Made by a program: the position numbers and the translations under genes. A stretch of DNA of 62,509 nucleotides from Chiloscyllium plagiosum (lineage: Eukaryota), in contig NC_057719.1 of assembly GCF_004010195.1 (NCBI RefSeq), positions 88,685,245-88,747,753 on the forward strand, given 5' to 3'. Each line of letters starts with the position of its first letter. Positions within the stretch are counted from its first letter, which is position 1. The notes below the pieces were generated by a model. That model was given only the letters and a program-made list of their open reading frames with translations. It ran no database searches and was not told the origin of the DNA. Shown in pieces: positions 1-11,915 of this stretch.

Positions 1-421
1 AAAGATCGTATGAGGAAAGGTTGAGGCACTTGGGGTTGTTTTCATTGGAGAAAAGAAGGTTTAGGGGTGACTTGATAGAGGTGTATAAGATGATTAGGGG
101 TTTAGATAGGGTCGACAGTGAGAATCTTTTTCCTCGTATGGAGTCAGCTATTACAAGGGGGCATAGCTTTAAATTAAGGGGTGGTAGGTATAGGACAGAT
201 GTTAGGGGTAGGTTCTTTACTCAGCGAGTCGTGAGTTCATGGAATGCCCTGCCAGTAGCAGTGGTGGACTCTCCCTCATTATGGGCATTTAAGCGGGCAT
301 TGGATAGGCATATGGAGGATAGTGGGCTAGTGTAGGTTAGGTGGGCTTGGATCGGCGCAACATTGAGGGCCGAAGGGCCTGTACTGCGCTGTATTCTTCT
401 ATGTTCTATGTTCTATGTTCT
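1..421 (+). mobile_element. CR1-clade LINE 3' end
   Basis: ORF2 C-terminus LGLFSLEKRRFRGDLIEVYK...FFTQRVVSSWNALP, then 3'UTR and a (TTCTATG)n tail. Confidence 0.9.
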
Positions 422-452
422 AAAACAAACACCTTCTTCACTATCCTATCTA

Positions 453-1568
453 CATGTGGTGGTGGAGGATTGCAAGGTGACCATCTGCAGGAACTGCAAA
501 CATGAGGGTCACCTGACTAAGGACTGTCAGGAAGTAAAGAGCTGCAACCTGTGCGGAGAGGCGGGCCACATGTACAAGACCTGCCCCACTTACGCACAGA
601 TGGCTGGAGGTGGCAATGTGAGCCGTGGACCCCCAAAGACCAGTAAGGTCCACCCAGACAGCAGGGAAACAGAGTCTGGTGGCACCCAGAAAGAAGAACA
701 GGCTTGAGTGGAGGAGGTGGCAACCAGCGGAGAGACACAGCAGCTGATCCTAGCTCTAGCTGGGCAGATGGAAGCAATGGAGGAGAAGGTAATCGAGCAG
801 ACAGAGAAGTAGATACTTGTTAAAAACAGGAAGAGAAAATCCGGCCAGGCCCCCAAAGCTTCCCAGCATAGGGGGAAAAGACAGCTGCACGAGGGAGGGA
901 CGGCCAGCTCGTCGGATGGGGAAGATGGGCGCAAAGAATGTCATCACCACCAGAAGAAGAGACAGAGCGCCGTAGATAAAGAGGAGGGCATTTCCTCCCA
1001 ACCAGGAATCAACGGACCCCCCGAAGTCACCCTCCACCCAGTGAGAACCAGGGGGTACCCACTGTCCCACAACTACAGACAACTGAGAGCTGTGATCCTC
1101 TGACAGTCCCATAGTCAGACACAGAACTGGATGGTGCGGACCCTTGCCTTGGCTCAATGACTCCAGAGCAGGCAAATGACCCCAGTGAGAGCCTGGATAG
1201 CTACCTCAGCCCAGCGAGGGTCCAGCAGTTCGTGCTCACCATGGGGATGCAGACAGCTACCCCAGAGACAGGACAGTCAAATGGACAACGGTAACCCCAT
1301 AAACTGGGGGTTAAAGAAGGTTCATTTGCTATTGTATAACAGGGCACCCACTCAGTAGGTGGGTTCTGCTGAAGCCACAGCTAAATAATAAGAGACTGGA
1401 TGGTTAATAAAGGGAACTGGAAATAGGATAACTGTAAATTCAATTAATTCAATCTGTTCTTTGTAATGTTAAGGCATGCAATGTATATATCTATGAACGA
1501 CATGACAAATTGTACAAGTACCAAAGATTTATTTCTATGAATAAAGTATATTTTGAAATTAAAAAAAA
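453..1568 (+). mobile_element. Tx1/L1-clade retroelement: 5'-truncated ORF1 joined directly to 3'UTR and poly(A), with TSD
   Basis: CCHC knuckles CRNCKHEGHLTKDC and CNLCGEAGHMYKTC with in-frame stops downstream. Ends in ATGAATAAAGTATATTTTGAAATT-A8. Direct repeat AAACACCTTCTTCACTATCCTATCTA at 427-452 and 1566-1591. Target is an antisense CR1 fragment (compare 59461-59525). Confidence 0.85.
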
Positions 1569-1654
1569 CACCTTCTTCACTATCCTATCTATCTGCAAAT
1601 CCAGTTTCAAGGAACTATGAACCTGCACTCCAAGGTCTCTTCGTTTAGCAACAC

Positions 1655-1857
1655 TGAAAAATTTTTAAACAGAGGGTGGCACCTGGTATGTGCTGCAGAA
1701 TGTTCAAGAGGCATATAGACAGACACATGAAAAGGTACGGAATACAGGGATACGAACCATGTGCATGCAGTAGGGATAAGTTTAGAATGACATCATTTCA
1801 ACCCAGATATGGTGGGGTGAATGGACAGTTCCTTGCTGTACTCTTCTGTGTTCTAAT
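1655..1857 (+). mobile_element. Decayed CR1 3' fragment
   Basis: FKRHIDRHMKRYGIQGY motif followed by a CR1-like 3'UTR. Confidence 0.6.
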
Positions 1858-2129
1858 AACCCCACAGAAAATCCAGTCATCTTGTTTGCTGTGTCAGATT
1901 CTATTTGCTGGTTTTTCCTCTCAAATTACACTGCACTATATCGTGTTCATTTTCCCACATTGAGACCTGCCATGTTACTCTATAAGCCATGTATAACTAG
2001 AAGAATTTTTAAGCAGCTAGAGTGCACATGCTCAGTGCAGGCAACAGGATAAAGGAACAAGGAATTAACCTGCATCCTTTCCTAATCCCACAGAGTGAAT
2101 ACACTGTGCCCAATATAACAGCACTATTT

Positions 2130-2248
2130 TAAAAAATATTTTCTCATCAACCTATTCAGAGATGTTATGACATCTGGAGCAGGTAGGACTTCAAATCAGG
2201 TTTCCTGGCTCAGATGTAGGGATACTACCACTGTACCACAACACCCCC
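2130..2248 (-). mobile_element. Short tRNA-derived SINE remnant
   Basis: Reverse complement of the element at 25205-25315; A/B-box-like head. Confidence 0.5.
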
Positions 2249-2811
2249 AAGAAATGTTATTAAATCAAGAAGCTGACAGGAACCAACAGACCTGCATTTA
2301 ACTCATGTTGATCAGTATTAGATGGAAAATGTCCATGGGATAAGCAGATCGAAAGTTTGAACACTGGGTGGGGATTTGTCCCTGAGTTCTATAAAACCGG
2401 AATTGTACTGTCAGTGCACAGATTTCCCAGATTTTCTGAAATTTGCCAGATAAAACAAGATGTGATGGGGCTGAGCAATTGACAGGCAAGAAAACCTATA
2501 AAAGCTGCTTTTTAGCTTTTAAGCTGAGGACTTGTTTCAACAGTGTGCTTTCGCTGCTTCAGAAGTGATTTCCAAGACAAGACCTGTGCTACCATGGAGG
2601 TTTTTTTTTTGTCTTTCATCTGCACTTCTGAGCTGCTGTCATTCTCAAAAAGGACAAGGGCTGCGTAGACAGCTCTATCTGAAACTTCAGATAAGGAGCA
2701 AGAGGTCTCGCACCAGCAAAACCAGCAAGTTTCTCCTTAACCATTTGCTACTCCACAGTACGTTGGGATGAGTGCAGAGCACGAGGTTGCAGGCATTAAA
2801 CCCCCCCAAGC

Positions 2812-3570
2812 ATGCAAGCATAAGAGGTACAGTTCGTAAGTTTGCAGATAACACCAGCATTGGAGGTGTAGTGGACAGTGAAGAGGATTACCTCAGATTA
2901 CAACAGGATCTGGACCAGATGGGCCAATGGGCTGAGAAGTGGCAGATGGAGTTTAATTCAGATAAATGCGAGGTGCTGCATTTTGGGAAAGCAAATCTTA
3001 ACAGGACTTATACACTTAATGGTAAGGTCCTAGGGAGAGTTGCTGAACAAAGGGACCTTGGAGTGCAGGTTCATAGCTCCTTNNNNNNNNNNNNNNNNNA
3101 AGATTTACAAGGATGTTGCCAGGCTTGGAGGATCTGAGCTACAGGGAGAGGCTGAACAGGCTGGGGCTGTTTTCCCTGGAGCGTCAGAGGCTGAGGGGTG
3201 ACCTTATAGAGGTTTACAAAATTATGAGGGGCATGGATAGGATAAATAGACAAAGTATTTTCGTTGGGGTCAGGGAGTTCAGAACTAGAGGTTTAGGGTG
3301 AGAGGGGAAAGATATAAAAGAGACCTAAGGGGCAACGTTTTCAAGCAGAGGGTTGTACACGTATGGAATGAGCTGCCAGAAGATGTGGTGGAGGCTGGTA
3401 CAATTGCAACATTTAAGAGGCATTTGGATGTGTATATGAATAGGAAGGGTTTGGAGGGATATGGGCCGGGTGCTGGCAGGAGGGACTAGATTGGGTTGGG
3501 ATATCTGGTTGGCATGGTCAGGTTGGACCGATGGGTCTGTTTCCATGCTGTATATCTCTATGACTCTATG
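2812..3570 (+). mobile_element. 5'-truncated CR1 LINE (spans N gap 3083-3099)
   Basis: KFADNT...WQMEFNSDKCEVLHFG and LGLFSLERQRLRGDLIEVYK motifs; (CTATGA)-type tail. Confidence 0.9.
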
Positions 3571-4027
3571 AGCACAGAGTGTATAAGCAGAGCATAATCT
3601 TCCTGAATGTGTTTGGGCAGCACAGCCTCAGGAAGACTCAGATTCTCCAGTCAGGCCATCCTGCCATTCATATTCATTTGAAACAAGACCTTTGGCTAAA
3701 CAGGCCAGATAGGCATGCAATGCCAGGTGCCATCAAGGACACAACAGTCAGGAATTGCTCTGCCTTCCAGGAAGCTGCTGGTGATCTCTGTAGAATCACT
3801 CAATCAAAACTGAGGCAGTGTGGCCAACTGCGCATCAACTCTGACCACTGCTTTCCCCTCTGTCCATAATCCCGTTTTCAGCCCCCATCACAAAGCTGTC
3901 CAGTCAATAACCCATCTTCTGACAGGTTCCACTGCTCATCATTACCCCATGCAACAGTAATTTAACATTGACAGATCACCTGACAGGTAGGACGAAACAA
4001 CAGGTCTTCGAATTATTGTAATGAGGT

Positions 4028-4400
4028 GAGAATTGAGGGTGTGAATAATTGTGAGAGGATTAGTACTGAGGGAGTACATTTTTGCCAGTGGGTCAATATT
4101 AGGCACTGCCTGACTGTAATGGGGGCAGAACTGAGGGAATGCCAGAAGATTACGGGATCAGTACTGAGGTATTGCAGTGCTGTCAGAGAGTCAGTCCTGA
4201 GGGATATCCCCATTGTTAAAGGATCAGAATTGAGGGAGCGCCATACATAAATGGCTAATGCTGAAGTAGTGTTCCACTGTCAGAGGGCCAGAACTGAGGC
4301 AGTGCCTTACTGAAATCGGATAGACAGTCAGAACTGAGGGATTGCATTATTATCAGAGGGTCAGTACTAAGTTAGTGTAGCACTGTCAGAGGGTCAGTAC
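4028..4400 (+). repeat. Degenerate ~33-bp minisatellite, ~12 units (consensus about CAGTACTGAGGGAGTGCxxCACTGTCAGAGGGT)
   Basis: Unit starts at 4028, 4061, 4094, 4126, 4159, 4192, 4225, 4256, 4289, 4329, 4362 and 4395. Confidence 0.8.
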
Positions 4401-4869
4401 CCATGTCCTGCATGGGTGAGTAGAGCTGTGAGGAGAAGGAATCATTTTGATTACACATGCAGCACTTAGACTGCACTGCTATCTATTTGCTACATAACTG
4501 TGGCATAATCATTGAAATAAAGTCCTATATCAAAGTGTCAAGTTGAATCAATCCATGGTCCTTCTTGCCAGAGAGCTCTATCTCTCCCTCAATAGAGGAG
4601 TATGTATGTCAAGCCTTCTTTTATAAGACATATGACAATTGACTACTCTCATTGTTAAGAACCTGTCCTGTTCCTTATATTTGCAATGTAAATGGAATGG
4701 ACCCAGCCATAGCAGGAGTGATCTCTTCAGTTGGATCCATGCAATAAAAACGCAGGGTGATAGAATAGAAACTGATGGACCAAAATGCTTTGGACCAATA
4801 GAAGTCACGAAAGCTGAATGGTGTCCACATGAAGAGGTTACAGCTGAAAGTCTCCTCAGGAAGGCTTTC

Positions 4870-5585
4870 GATCTCGGTGTAATTTCTTCCGCATGGACGC
4901 AGGCTGAGGATATCCTGGAACACTGTGGCTGAACTTTGCCAGCTGCTGCATCAGAATCTACAACCTAATGGTGTAGGTGGCTTTCCTATCACGTTGGCCA
5001 TGATGGTAAGAGCTCCTCTGAACTTTTATGTGATTTGATTCCTTTCAGGGGTCTACAGGAGATCTCTCTTCAATCCTTCACCCATAAATGCATCAAGACT
5101 GTAATCAATGCCAGCTGTGCCAGAATATACTGGTTCATCATGTTCCATTATTCCGAGGTCAGTGCCGCAGCCTATGTAGGAAGATTCAGCAACAGCCTCC
5201 TGCAGGCGCCACGAACTGTTCACACATCACCTGAGAGGGCCATACCATTGCACAGAGGAGTTCATCAATAGGATCACCAACTCCACTTGTTAGAGGTTTT
5301 CTTCCTGGAACTGGGGGAGCTACCATGACTCTCACATCCTTGAGAACGCTAATGTTTCTGCTGTGTTTGAGGATTCAGGGGCCAAGACCGTTGCTTACTG
5401 GGGAACAAGGGCTACCCACTACAACCACAGCTGGTAACTCCACTACACAATCTCCTGACTGAGGCACCATGTACATAGAATGCTGCGCATGGTTTGACCA
5501 GAAGCTGACAACAGGTCTGCTGAAGGTAAGGTTCTGCTGTCTGAATTGCTCTGGGATAGGGCCCTTCAGTACACAAAGGGTAGAT
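4870..5585 (+). pseudogene. Decayed PIF/Harbinger (HARBI1-like) transposase
   Basis: Colinear frameshifted motifs RLRISWNTVAELCQLL, LNFYV, SFQGSTGDL, HKCIKTV, GATNCSHI (GAIDCTHV-like), EFINR, GSYHDSHIL, LLGNKGYPL (LLGDxGYPL-like), GLLKVRFCCL and ALQYT. Confidence 0.75.
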
Positions 5586-6039
5586 GAGAATTGGGTACAA
5601 TGATCAATATAAAATACTTGTTGCTCAATATGCAAACTTTTTTTTATATTCTAGGAAAAAAATGCAGCTTCTGTTTGCTTGACTTCTGTTCATTTTTGCT
5701 ATTGTAATTAATAGCTATTCTTTTGAATCATTTTAAAGCTTCCCTGTTGTGACGGTCCAACATTGAACAATGATAAAATGTTACAGTGGGCACTGATGAA
5801 AGATTGGCACCGACATAGAAAAGGCTAAAAGATGGGATGTGGCTAAGGACTGCTGTGTGGCCTGGCTTTTAAACAGCCATAGGTGCATGTGCAATGAAGT
5901 GTCAGACCAGCTATGGAGAGTGGAAGAACTGGGCTAGTGTCTGACAAGACTGGCATAATTTGGGTGTACTGCAGTAGGAATGAGGTGAGTTTGGGACACC
6001 CATGCAGAAAGCTTGCAAGGTCTCCAGGATGTGAAAGAT

Positions 6040-6885
6040 ACAATGACACTACATAAAATAAGGGCAGAGGAATTACTCCTGGTATTCTGGCCAGTACTCA
6101 TCACTCATCAATATCTCTCACTTTCACAACTTTAATTTTCACCCATTTTAAATCCCTTTCTCTCTTTCACCACTGCAGCCCCTTTGTCTTTTGCATTTCA
6201 CCCCTATACCACCTGCCTTCTTGATCTTCTGCCTTGGTTATCATTTTCCACCATCTTTCAGTTTTGAAGAGGGTGATGTAGGACCTGTCTCCACTCGATT
6301 CTTTTCTTTCTCCACAGATGCTGCCAGGGCTGCTGAGTTTCCCGTGTTTCTTCCCGAGGAGACTTAACAGGTCAGATGCTGAGATGTTGTTTCCCCTTGT
6401 GGGAAAGTCTAGGATCAGAGGGGATAATCTCAGAATAAGAAGTTGCACATTTAAGACAGAGATGAGAAGGAATTTCTTCTCTCAGAGGGTGATGAATTTC
6501 TGGAACTTTTTTTTACCACAGTGGGCTGTCAAGGCTGGATCATTAAGCATATTCCAGGCCGAGATAGACAGATTTTTAATCAGTAGAGGGATTCAGGGAG
6601 TATGGGGAAAAGGCAGGAATGTGGAGCAGACTTGATCTCATTGAATGGCAGAGCAATGAGCTGAATGGTCGACTACCACTCTACCTTTTATGGTCTTATA
6701 ACAAAAAGTCTAGTCGTTACCACATTGCTGTCTGTGAGAGCTTGCTGTGCACAGAACTGGCAGATGCATTTCCTACATTGTAATGATGATTATAGTATAC
6801 TTCAAAAGTACTTCGTTTAATGTAAAGCACTTTGAAATGTCTGGTGGCCATGGAAGTGCTATATAAATGCAAGAATTCTCCCTTC
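6040..6885 (+). mobile_element. Deu-domain SINE (SacSINE1/AmnSINE-like) split by a PLE 3' fragment (~6115-6345) and a CR1 3' fragment (~6357-6700)
   Basis: Deu-like block CACATTGCTGTCTGTGAGAGCTTGCTGTGC...CTTCAAAAGTACTTC...TATATAAATGCAAG at 6720-6873, with the SINE middle part at 6040-6115. CR1 motif FKTEMRRNFFSQRV lies between them. Confidence 0.6.
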
Positions 6886-7419
6886 TCTTTAGATCCTTCC
6901 GAAGAAAGGAAAATCCAGGTCTGAATCACTTTCATGCATCTTGCTTTGATTATACCAAACTGTTTCACCAATCTTTCGTGAGGCTAGAAAACCCAGGAGA
7001 AAATGCAGGGCACCTTTAAACTTTTCCTATGCGATTATGCCTGCAGGCAGTCTGATTGACAGGCTAGGAACCTTTCAGCTACAAAGTCCACTTTACAGAA
7101 TCAAAGCTCATCAGTGCAGGAGGTGCAGTGAACAGAGATTATGTGGAAGTGGGGAGGAGCTAGGACCCTGACTGCAGGAGACAGGGACTTAAATAGTGCT
7201 CTGCAGTGTTGGCAGGGGGTGGAAAGAGAATAAATGAAGTTCAGGAGTTCCCAATTCCTTGGATGGTGGGGTAGGAGGGTTTCTGATCTTTGGGGAGGGA
7301 AAGGACAGTGGTCAGATTTTATAAGTAACTTGTCGGACCTGGAGGACACACACACTCCTATTCTCCTTAACTAATAAGCACTACATAATAGAGCAGCTCT
7401 TCTCAACTTCTTTCAGTGC

Positions 7420-8283
7420 ATGGTACATTGGGGAAACCGAGCAAAGGCTACGACAACGGATGAATGGGCACCGCACAACAATCAACAGACAGGAGGGTTC
7501 CCTCCCAGTTGGGGAACACTTCAGTGGTCCAGGACATTCATCTTCCAAGGTGGACTTCGGGACAGGCAGCAGAGAAAAGTGGCCGAGCAAAGGCTGATAG
7601 CTAAGTTCGGTACCCATAGGGAGGGCCTCAACCGGGACCTTGGGTTCATGTCACAGGTGATCACCATTGCACTACACACACACACACACACANNNNNNNN
7701 NNNNNNNNNNNNNNNNNNNNNNNNNNNNNNNNNNNNNNNNNNNNNNNNNNNNNNNNNNNNNNNNNNNNNNNNNNNNNNNNAGGGTTACATTGTACTTTGC
7801 TCAAAAACTGCATGCATTCATGTAGAACTCTGAGCTCAAAAACTGCATGAATTTATGTAAAACTCTGTTATCTCACTTTTTAGATTAGAATCAATCTAAA
7901 CATCAGGTCATAGACAGAGTACACAGGGGGCTAACACCTTCAACATATTGTCTAGCTCTCACCATTGTTGACAGCTAACCCGAGAATGCAACTTTTAAAA
8001 AAAAAGGTTTTGTGATTTACACATGAAAGAAGTGAAACTATTATTGTATTCTAACAGATGAAAGGCTTAACAGACAATCAATTTTTCAATGTATAACTTC
8101 AGTTACATCACACTGTAACTTTTTGCTATAAATTCTGTGTTACGATCGAGCCCTCCACTATCACCTGATGAAGGAGCGTTGCTCCGAAAGCTAGTGTGCT
8201 TCCAATTAAACCTGTTGGACTATAACCTGGTGTTGTGTGATTTTTAACTTTATACACCCCAGTCCAACACCGGCATCTCCAAA
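7420..8283 (+). mobile_element. Penelope-like element 3' part (GIY-YIG remnant, CA repeat, hammerhead terminus)
   Basis: YIGETEQRLRQRMNGH...PVGEHF motif. 11-bp direct repeat TCTTTCAGTGC at 7409-7419 and 8284-8294. Includes N gap 7693-7780. Confidence 0.8.
8162..8196 (+). ncRNA. Minimal type-I hammerhead ribozyme motif
   Basis: CAC-CTGATGA-A-GGAGC/GCTCC stem II-GAAA-GC-TA^GTG. Near-identical copy at 30336-30370. Confidence 0.7.
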
Positions 8284-8406
8284 TCTTTCAGTGCTCACTT
8301 TCAGGGGTTTATTATGAGGTTTATAAATAGAATGGCTATCAAAAGGAGGGCTCATCATAATTCTGTGCCTCAGGTTAGTAGATTAGTTATTGACCCTTTC
8401 TAACAG

Positions 8407-8685
8407 CCTTGGGTGACTGTGTCAAGTTTGCATGTTCTCCCTGTGTTAGCATGGTTTCCACCCAGAGTACAAAGATGTGCACTTGAGCTGGATTTGCCAT
8501 GCTAAATTGACCAGCAGTTGTCTAGGGATGTGCTAGCTAGTTGGATTGCCATGATAAATGCGGGGTTAGGGGGAAAGGCTGCAGGGGTGATGCTGGGTCT
8601 GGGGGGAAGGCTCTTTGGAGGGTTAGTTTGGACTCAATGGGCTGAACGGCCTCTTTCTGCACTGTAGTGATTCTATGATTCTAGA
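8407..8685 (+). mobile_element. Decayed HE1/V-SINE-type SINE
   Basis: V-domain-like TTTGCATGTTCTCCCTGTG...GCCATGCTAAATTG and an (ATTCTATG) tail. Confidence 0.65.
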
Positions 8686-9858
8686 AATAAACAATCTTAG
8701 CCCTGATTATTTTAATTGATTCTCAAATTTTCCAAGATACATTTCTGGATATTCACTCTCCTTTTTATGTAAGTTCTTCTGATTTCACTTAATTGATCCC
8801 CTCATTCTAAATGCACTAGGTTGTCTACATTTATCCGATCAAATCCTTTTACCGTTTCCAACACTTCAATTTGACCCCCTCTCAAATCTTTTATGCTCAA
8901 GGAAAGCAAATTTATCCAGCCAGTCCTCACATTTTAACACTTGTAGCTTCTATCTTTATTCATGACATAAACTCTATTGAGACAAATATTTCATAAAATG
9001 CACACAACATAATAAACAAAATAGCTTTGCTTTTAACCAGTGTGATTAACCTTCCGCATGACAATTAGATTGTGAGAAATTACTAAACAAGAGTTATCAT
9101 TTGAGGTAGTAAGCTAATTCAATATAGTTGTAATTTTAAATTAACTAGGTGAAAAATAAACAAGTTAATCAAAAGTTTCTCCAGGGAGATTACTGCATCA
9201 ATGCAAAACAACCAGAGCTGTTGTTTTGTTAAAAATCTGACACTTGTTACTACAGCTCTTGCAAATGTGAACAAAATATACCTGACTTAATTTGAAAATT
9301 GTGCCTTAACTGTATTTTGTAAATATATCCTGGGGATTATAAATGCAATCTTAACAGGTTATTAGATTTCACAATGAAGCGTGGCAATGTACATGGAGTA
9401 TAAAAATGTTCGTCCACATTATTTTTAAGTTCTCCAAATATCTGTTTTTTTTCTATTTTTCTGCCACTTGCAATTTCTTAGATTCATTGTCTCCCTTTTC
9501 CATCAGCTGCAGACATATTCTCCGTTTGAGGTTGTCTTGAACGATACAAATGAAGGAAGCTGCACATCCAATCACTATGCTGAACTGATTTAGTAAATAC
9601 TAACAACTAGATTCGGTGATCCTTGCTACAGCATGGAAAGTAAAATCTATCAGCTACAGATTCCTGCTCCGTAATACTCTTCAGCAAAACTCTCCGAAAA
9701 ATTCATCATTCTGAACTTTGGGTAGACTGGTTTCAACTGTGATGACTCCTCAGTTCAGCCGCCTGTCAATATACTATTGCAGCTCATACATTAAGAAATG
9801 GCTTGCAGTTAACTAGTGCACTTCATGTTTTAAGGCATTTCAAATGTTATCAATGAGA

Positions 9859-10386
9859 GAAGTCTGGAGAGGAATGCAGTGGTGTTTGTCGAGGTTCGTC
9901 CCGAGCAGCGCCGTGACGCGGGACTCCGTGCTCTACGGCCTGTTCCCCAGGACGCACACCGAGACGAAAATCAACTGTGCCTGGAGGATCATCAACTCGG
10001 TGAAGGACGCTCTCTGGGCGGTCCGAAACCTGTTAATCTTCCAGCTGAAGGAGTTGACCCCGACTGAGTGTTGCAGACTGGCACATTCCAAGGTCCAGGA
10101 CTACGTTGAGGGACGCGCTGAAGCTTGGGACAGCTGCCGCCAAGGCGCGGTGGGGAAAGACCACCGTGTAACATCTGCCTGCCTAAAGAAGAACAGGGGG
10201 CCCGCGCAGTCATTTGGGCTCTGCTGACGCCTCAGCTAAAAATGTAATCGTACAGACCGGATAATAGGAATGATTACTCTGTTTTCGGTATGCAAACAAA
10301 TGGAATGTTTACATATGTATGGCATGTCCAGTTGTACAGATTATCAAAGTATTTTATGAATAAAGTATATTTTTGAAATAAAAAAA
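9859..10386 (+). mobile_element. 5'-truncated Tx1/L1-clade LINE (ORF2 C-terminus, 3'UTR, poly(A)) with 39-bp TSD
   Basis: SVLYGLFP...CAWRIINSVKDALW...CCRLAHSKVQDYV, then AATAAA and an A tail. TSD at 9820-9858 and 10387-10425 with one mismatch. Confidence 0.9.
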
Positions 10387-11136
10387 ACTTCATGTTTTAA
10401 GGCACTTCAAATGTTATCAATGAGAACACTTCTGACATCTAGCATTACAGAAAAAATATCAGGAAGCATCATCATAATTCATTTCAAAGTCCTGTGAAGA
10501 GAATTAAATACAATCATTTGCAGCATTATAGATCTACTTTTATTCCAAAGGTATGAACAAATTTACGTTCACATAATTAAAGGAATACAGTACTTTAATT
10601 CACACTTATTGAGATGCTGCAAGATAGATCTATGGATTAAGGATATGTTTCTGCAGTTAAACTCAGAAATCTCTAAGTCAAAATCCTTGATAAGAACAAA
10701 GGAAAGCACGATGCATATTAATTATCAAGAATAAACGAATTTCATTACTATGGAGAAGCAAAGCCAGGGCTAGCAGCAAAACAGCATTGTGGATCACAAC
10801 TTAAGCTGGCAAAATTTCAGAATTTCAAAATATGACAAACATATTTATGAACAAAAAAATCCGATCATACCAGGTGATAACAGGAATTTACTTACACTGT
10901 TCTTTCATAAACGGAAATACAAGAATATACTATCATAGAAAATGAAGGGGAAACAAAATTGTATAACAGAATACTGAGCTTCAGATGGAGAAATAGAAAA
11001 TAATGGAGATGCCCGAAGCAATTTCCTAGCACAGAGAAAGTCTCCTAGTGTAAAAATATGTTACAAATTTCTTCATCTTAAACAGTACAAAAATGATCAG
11101 TTAACAAATTATTATTGTTAAATTCTTCATGGTTTT

Positions 11137-11226
11137 AGTGAGGTTTGAGAAAATTTGTAGCTCACATTGAGGTTCTGGATGTAAGTTTGCTCGCTGAGCT
11201 GTTCAGCAAGCAAACCTACATCCAGA
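11137..11226. mobile_element. 90-bp fold-back PLE footprint
   Basis: 13-bp TSD TCTTCATGGTTTT at 11124-11136 and 11227-11239; ~24-bp hairpin arms; terminus matches the PLE end at 58576-58625. Confidence 0.7.
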
Positions 11227-11539
11227 TCTTCATGGTTTTCTTTTAAAAATGTTTCACTTCAAGAGCTGAATGTAGTTTGGGTCAGTATAGTAGATTCAGC
11301 TGAGAATTGGGTGAAGTAAAAATTTCTCAAGTTTCCAAGGCTTGTATTACACAGATTACATAGAATATTCAGCTAATCAGCCTAAATAGACTATTTAGTG
11401 TTTAAGCTTTACACAAGTCCTCTTCCAGCATTCTTCATTTCATTGCTTTAGCAAAATCTTTTGTTTCTTTCCCTACCCGTTTATACAGCTTCTGTTTAAA
11501 TGAATCAATGCTAATCACCTCAACTCTACCATGCATAAA

Positions 11540-11915
11540 GACATGCATTTAAATACAGCCTTCCATGACCACCGATGTCTAAAAGCATTTTATACCCAAA
11601 GAAATGCTTTTGATGCGTCATCACCGTTGAATATAGTAAGGCCAAATTTAACATAGTTAAATTTAACAGTTAACCCTCATAAGTAGCAATGTGACAGTGA
11701 CCAGATAATCTTCTTAATTTTTTTTCCTGATGTTGACTGAGGGATAAATATTGGCCAGACACCAGGGAATAACACTCCTTCTTTTCTTTAAAACAATATC
11801 ATGGGATCATTAACCTCCACCTGAGACAGGACTTTGATTCAAGGTCTCATTTACTCCCTCAGTGAATCTTCCAAACTGTACTTGAGTGCCAGCTTTGATT
11901 TATGTGCTCAAGCCA
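11540..11915 (-). mobile_element. Deu-domain SINE (SacSINE1-like), decayed
   Basis: Reverse-complement similarity to 6040-6115 and 6720-6885. Confidence 0.6.

Noticed and set aside
4028..4400. Regular 33-bp periodicity as a CRISPR-like array
   Set aside because: Whole units are homologous with no unique spacers, the context is eukaryotic, and there are no cas genes.
10896..10929. Possible 34-bp exon with GTAAGT donor downstream of exon 14508
   Set aside because: Weak acceptor and an unrecognised peptide; the next expected family motif was not found in 1-14500.
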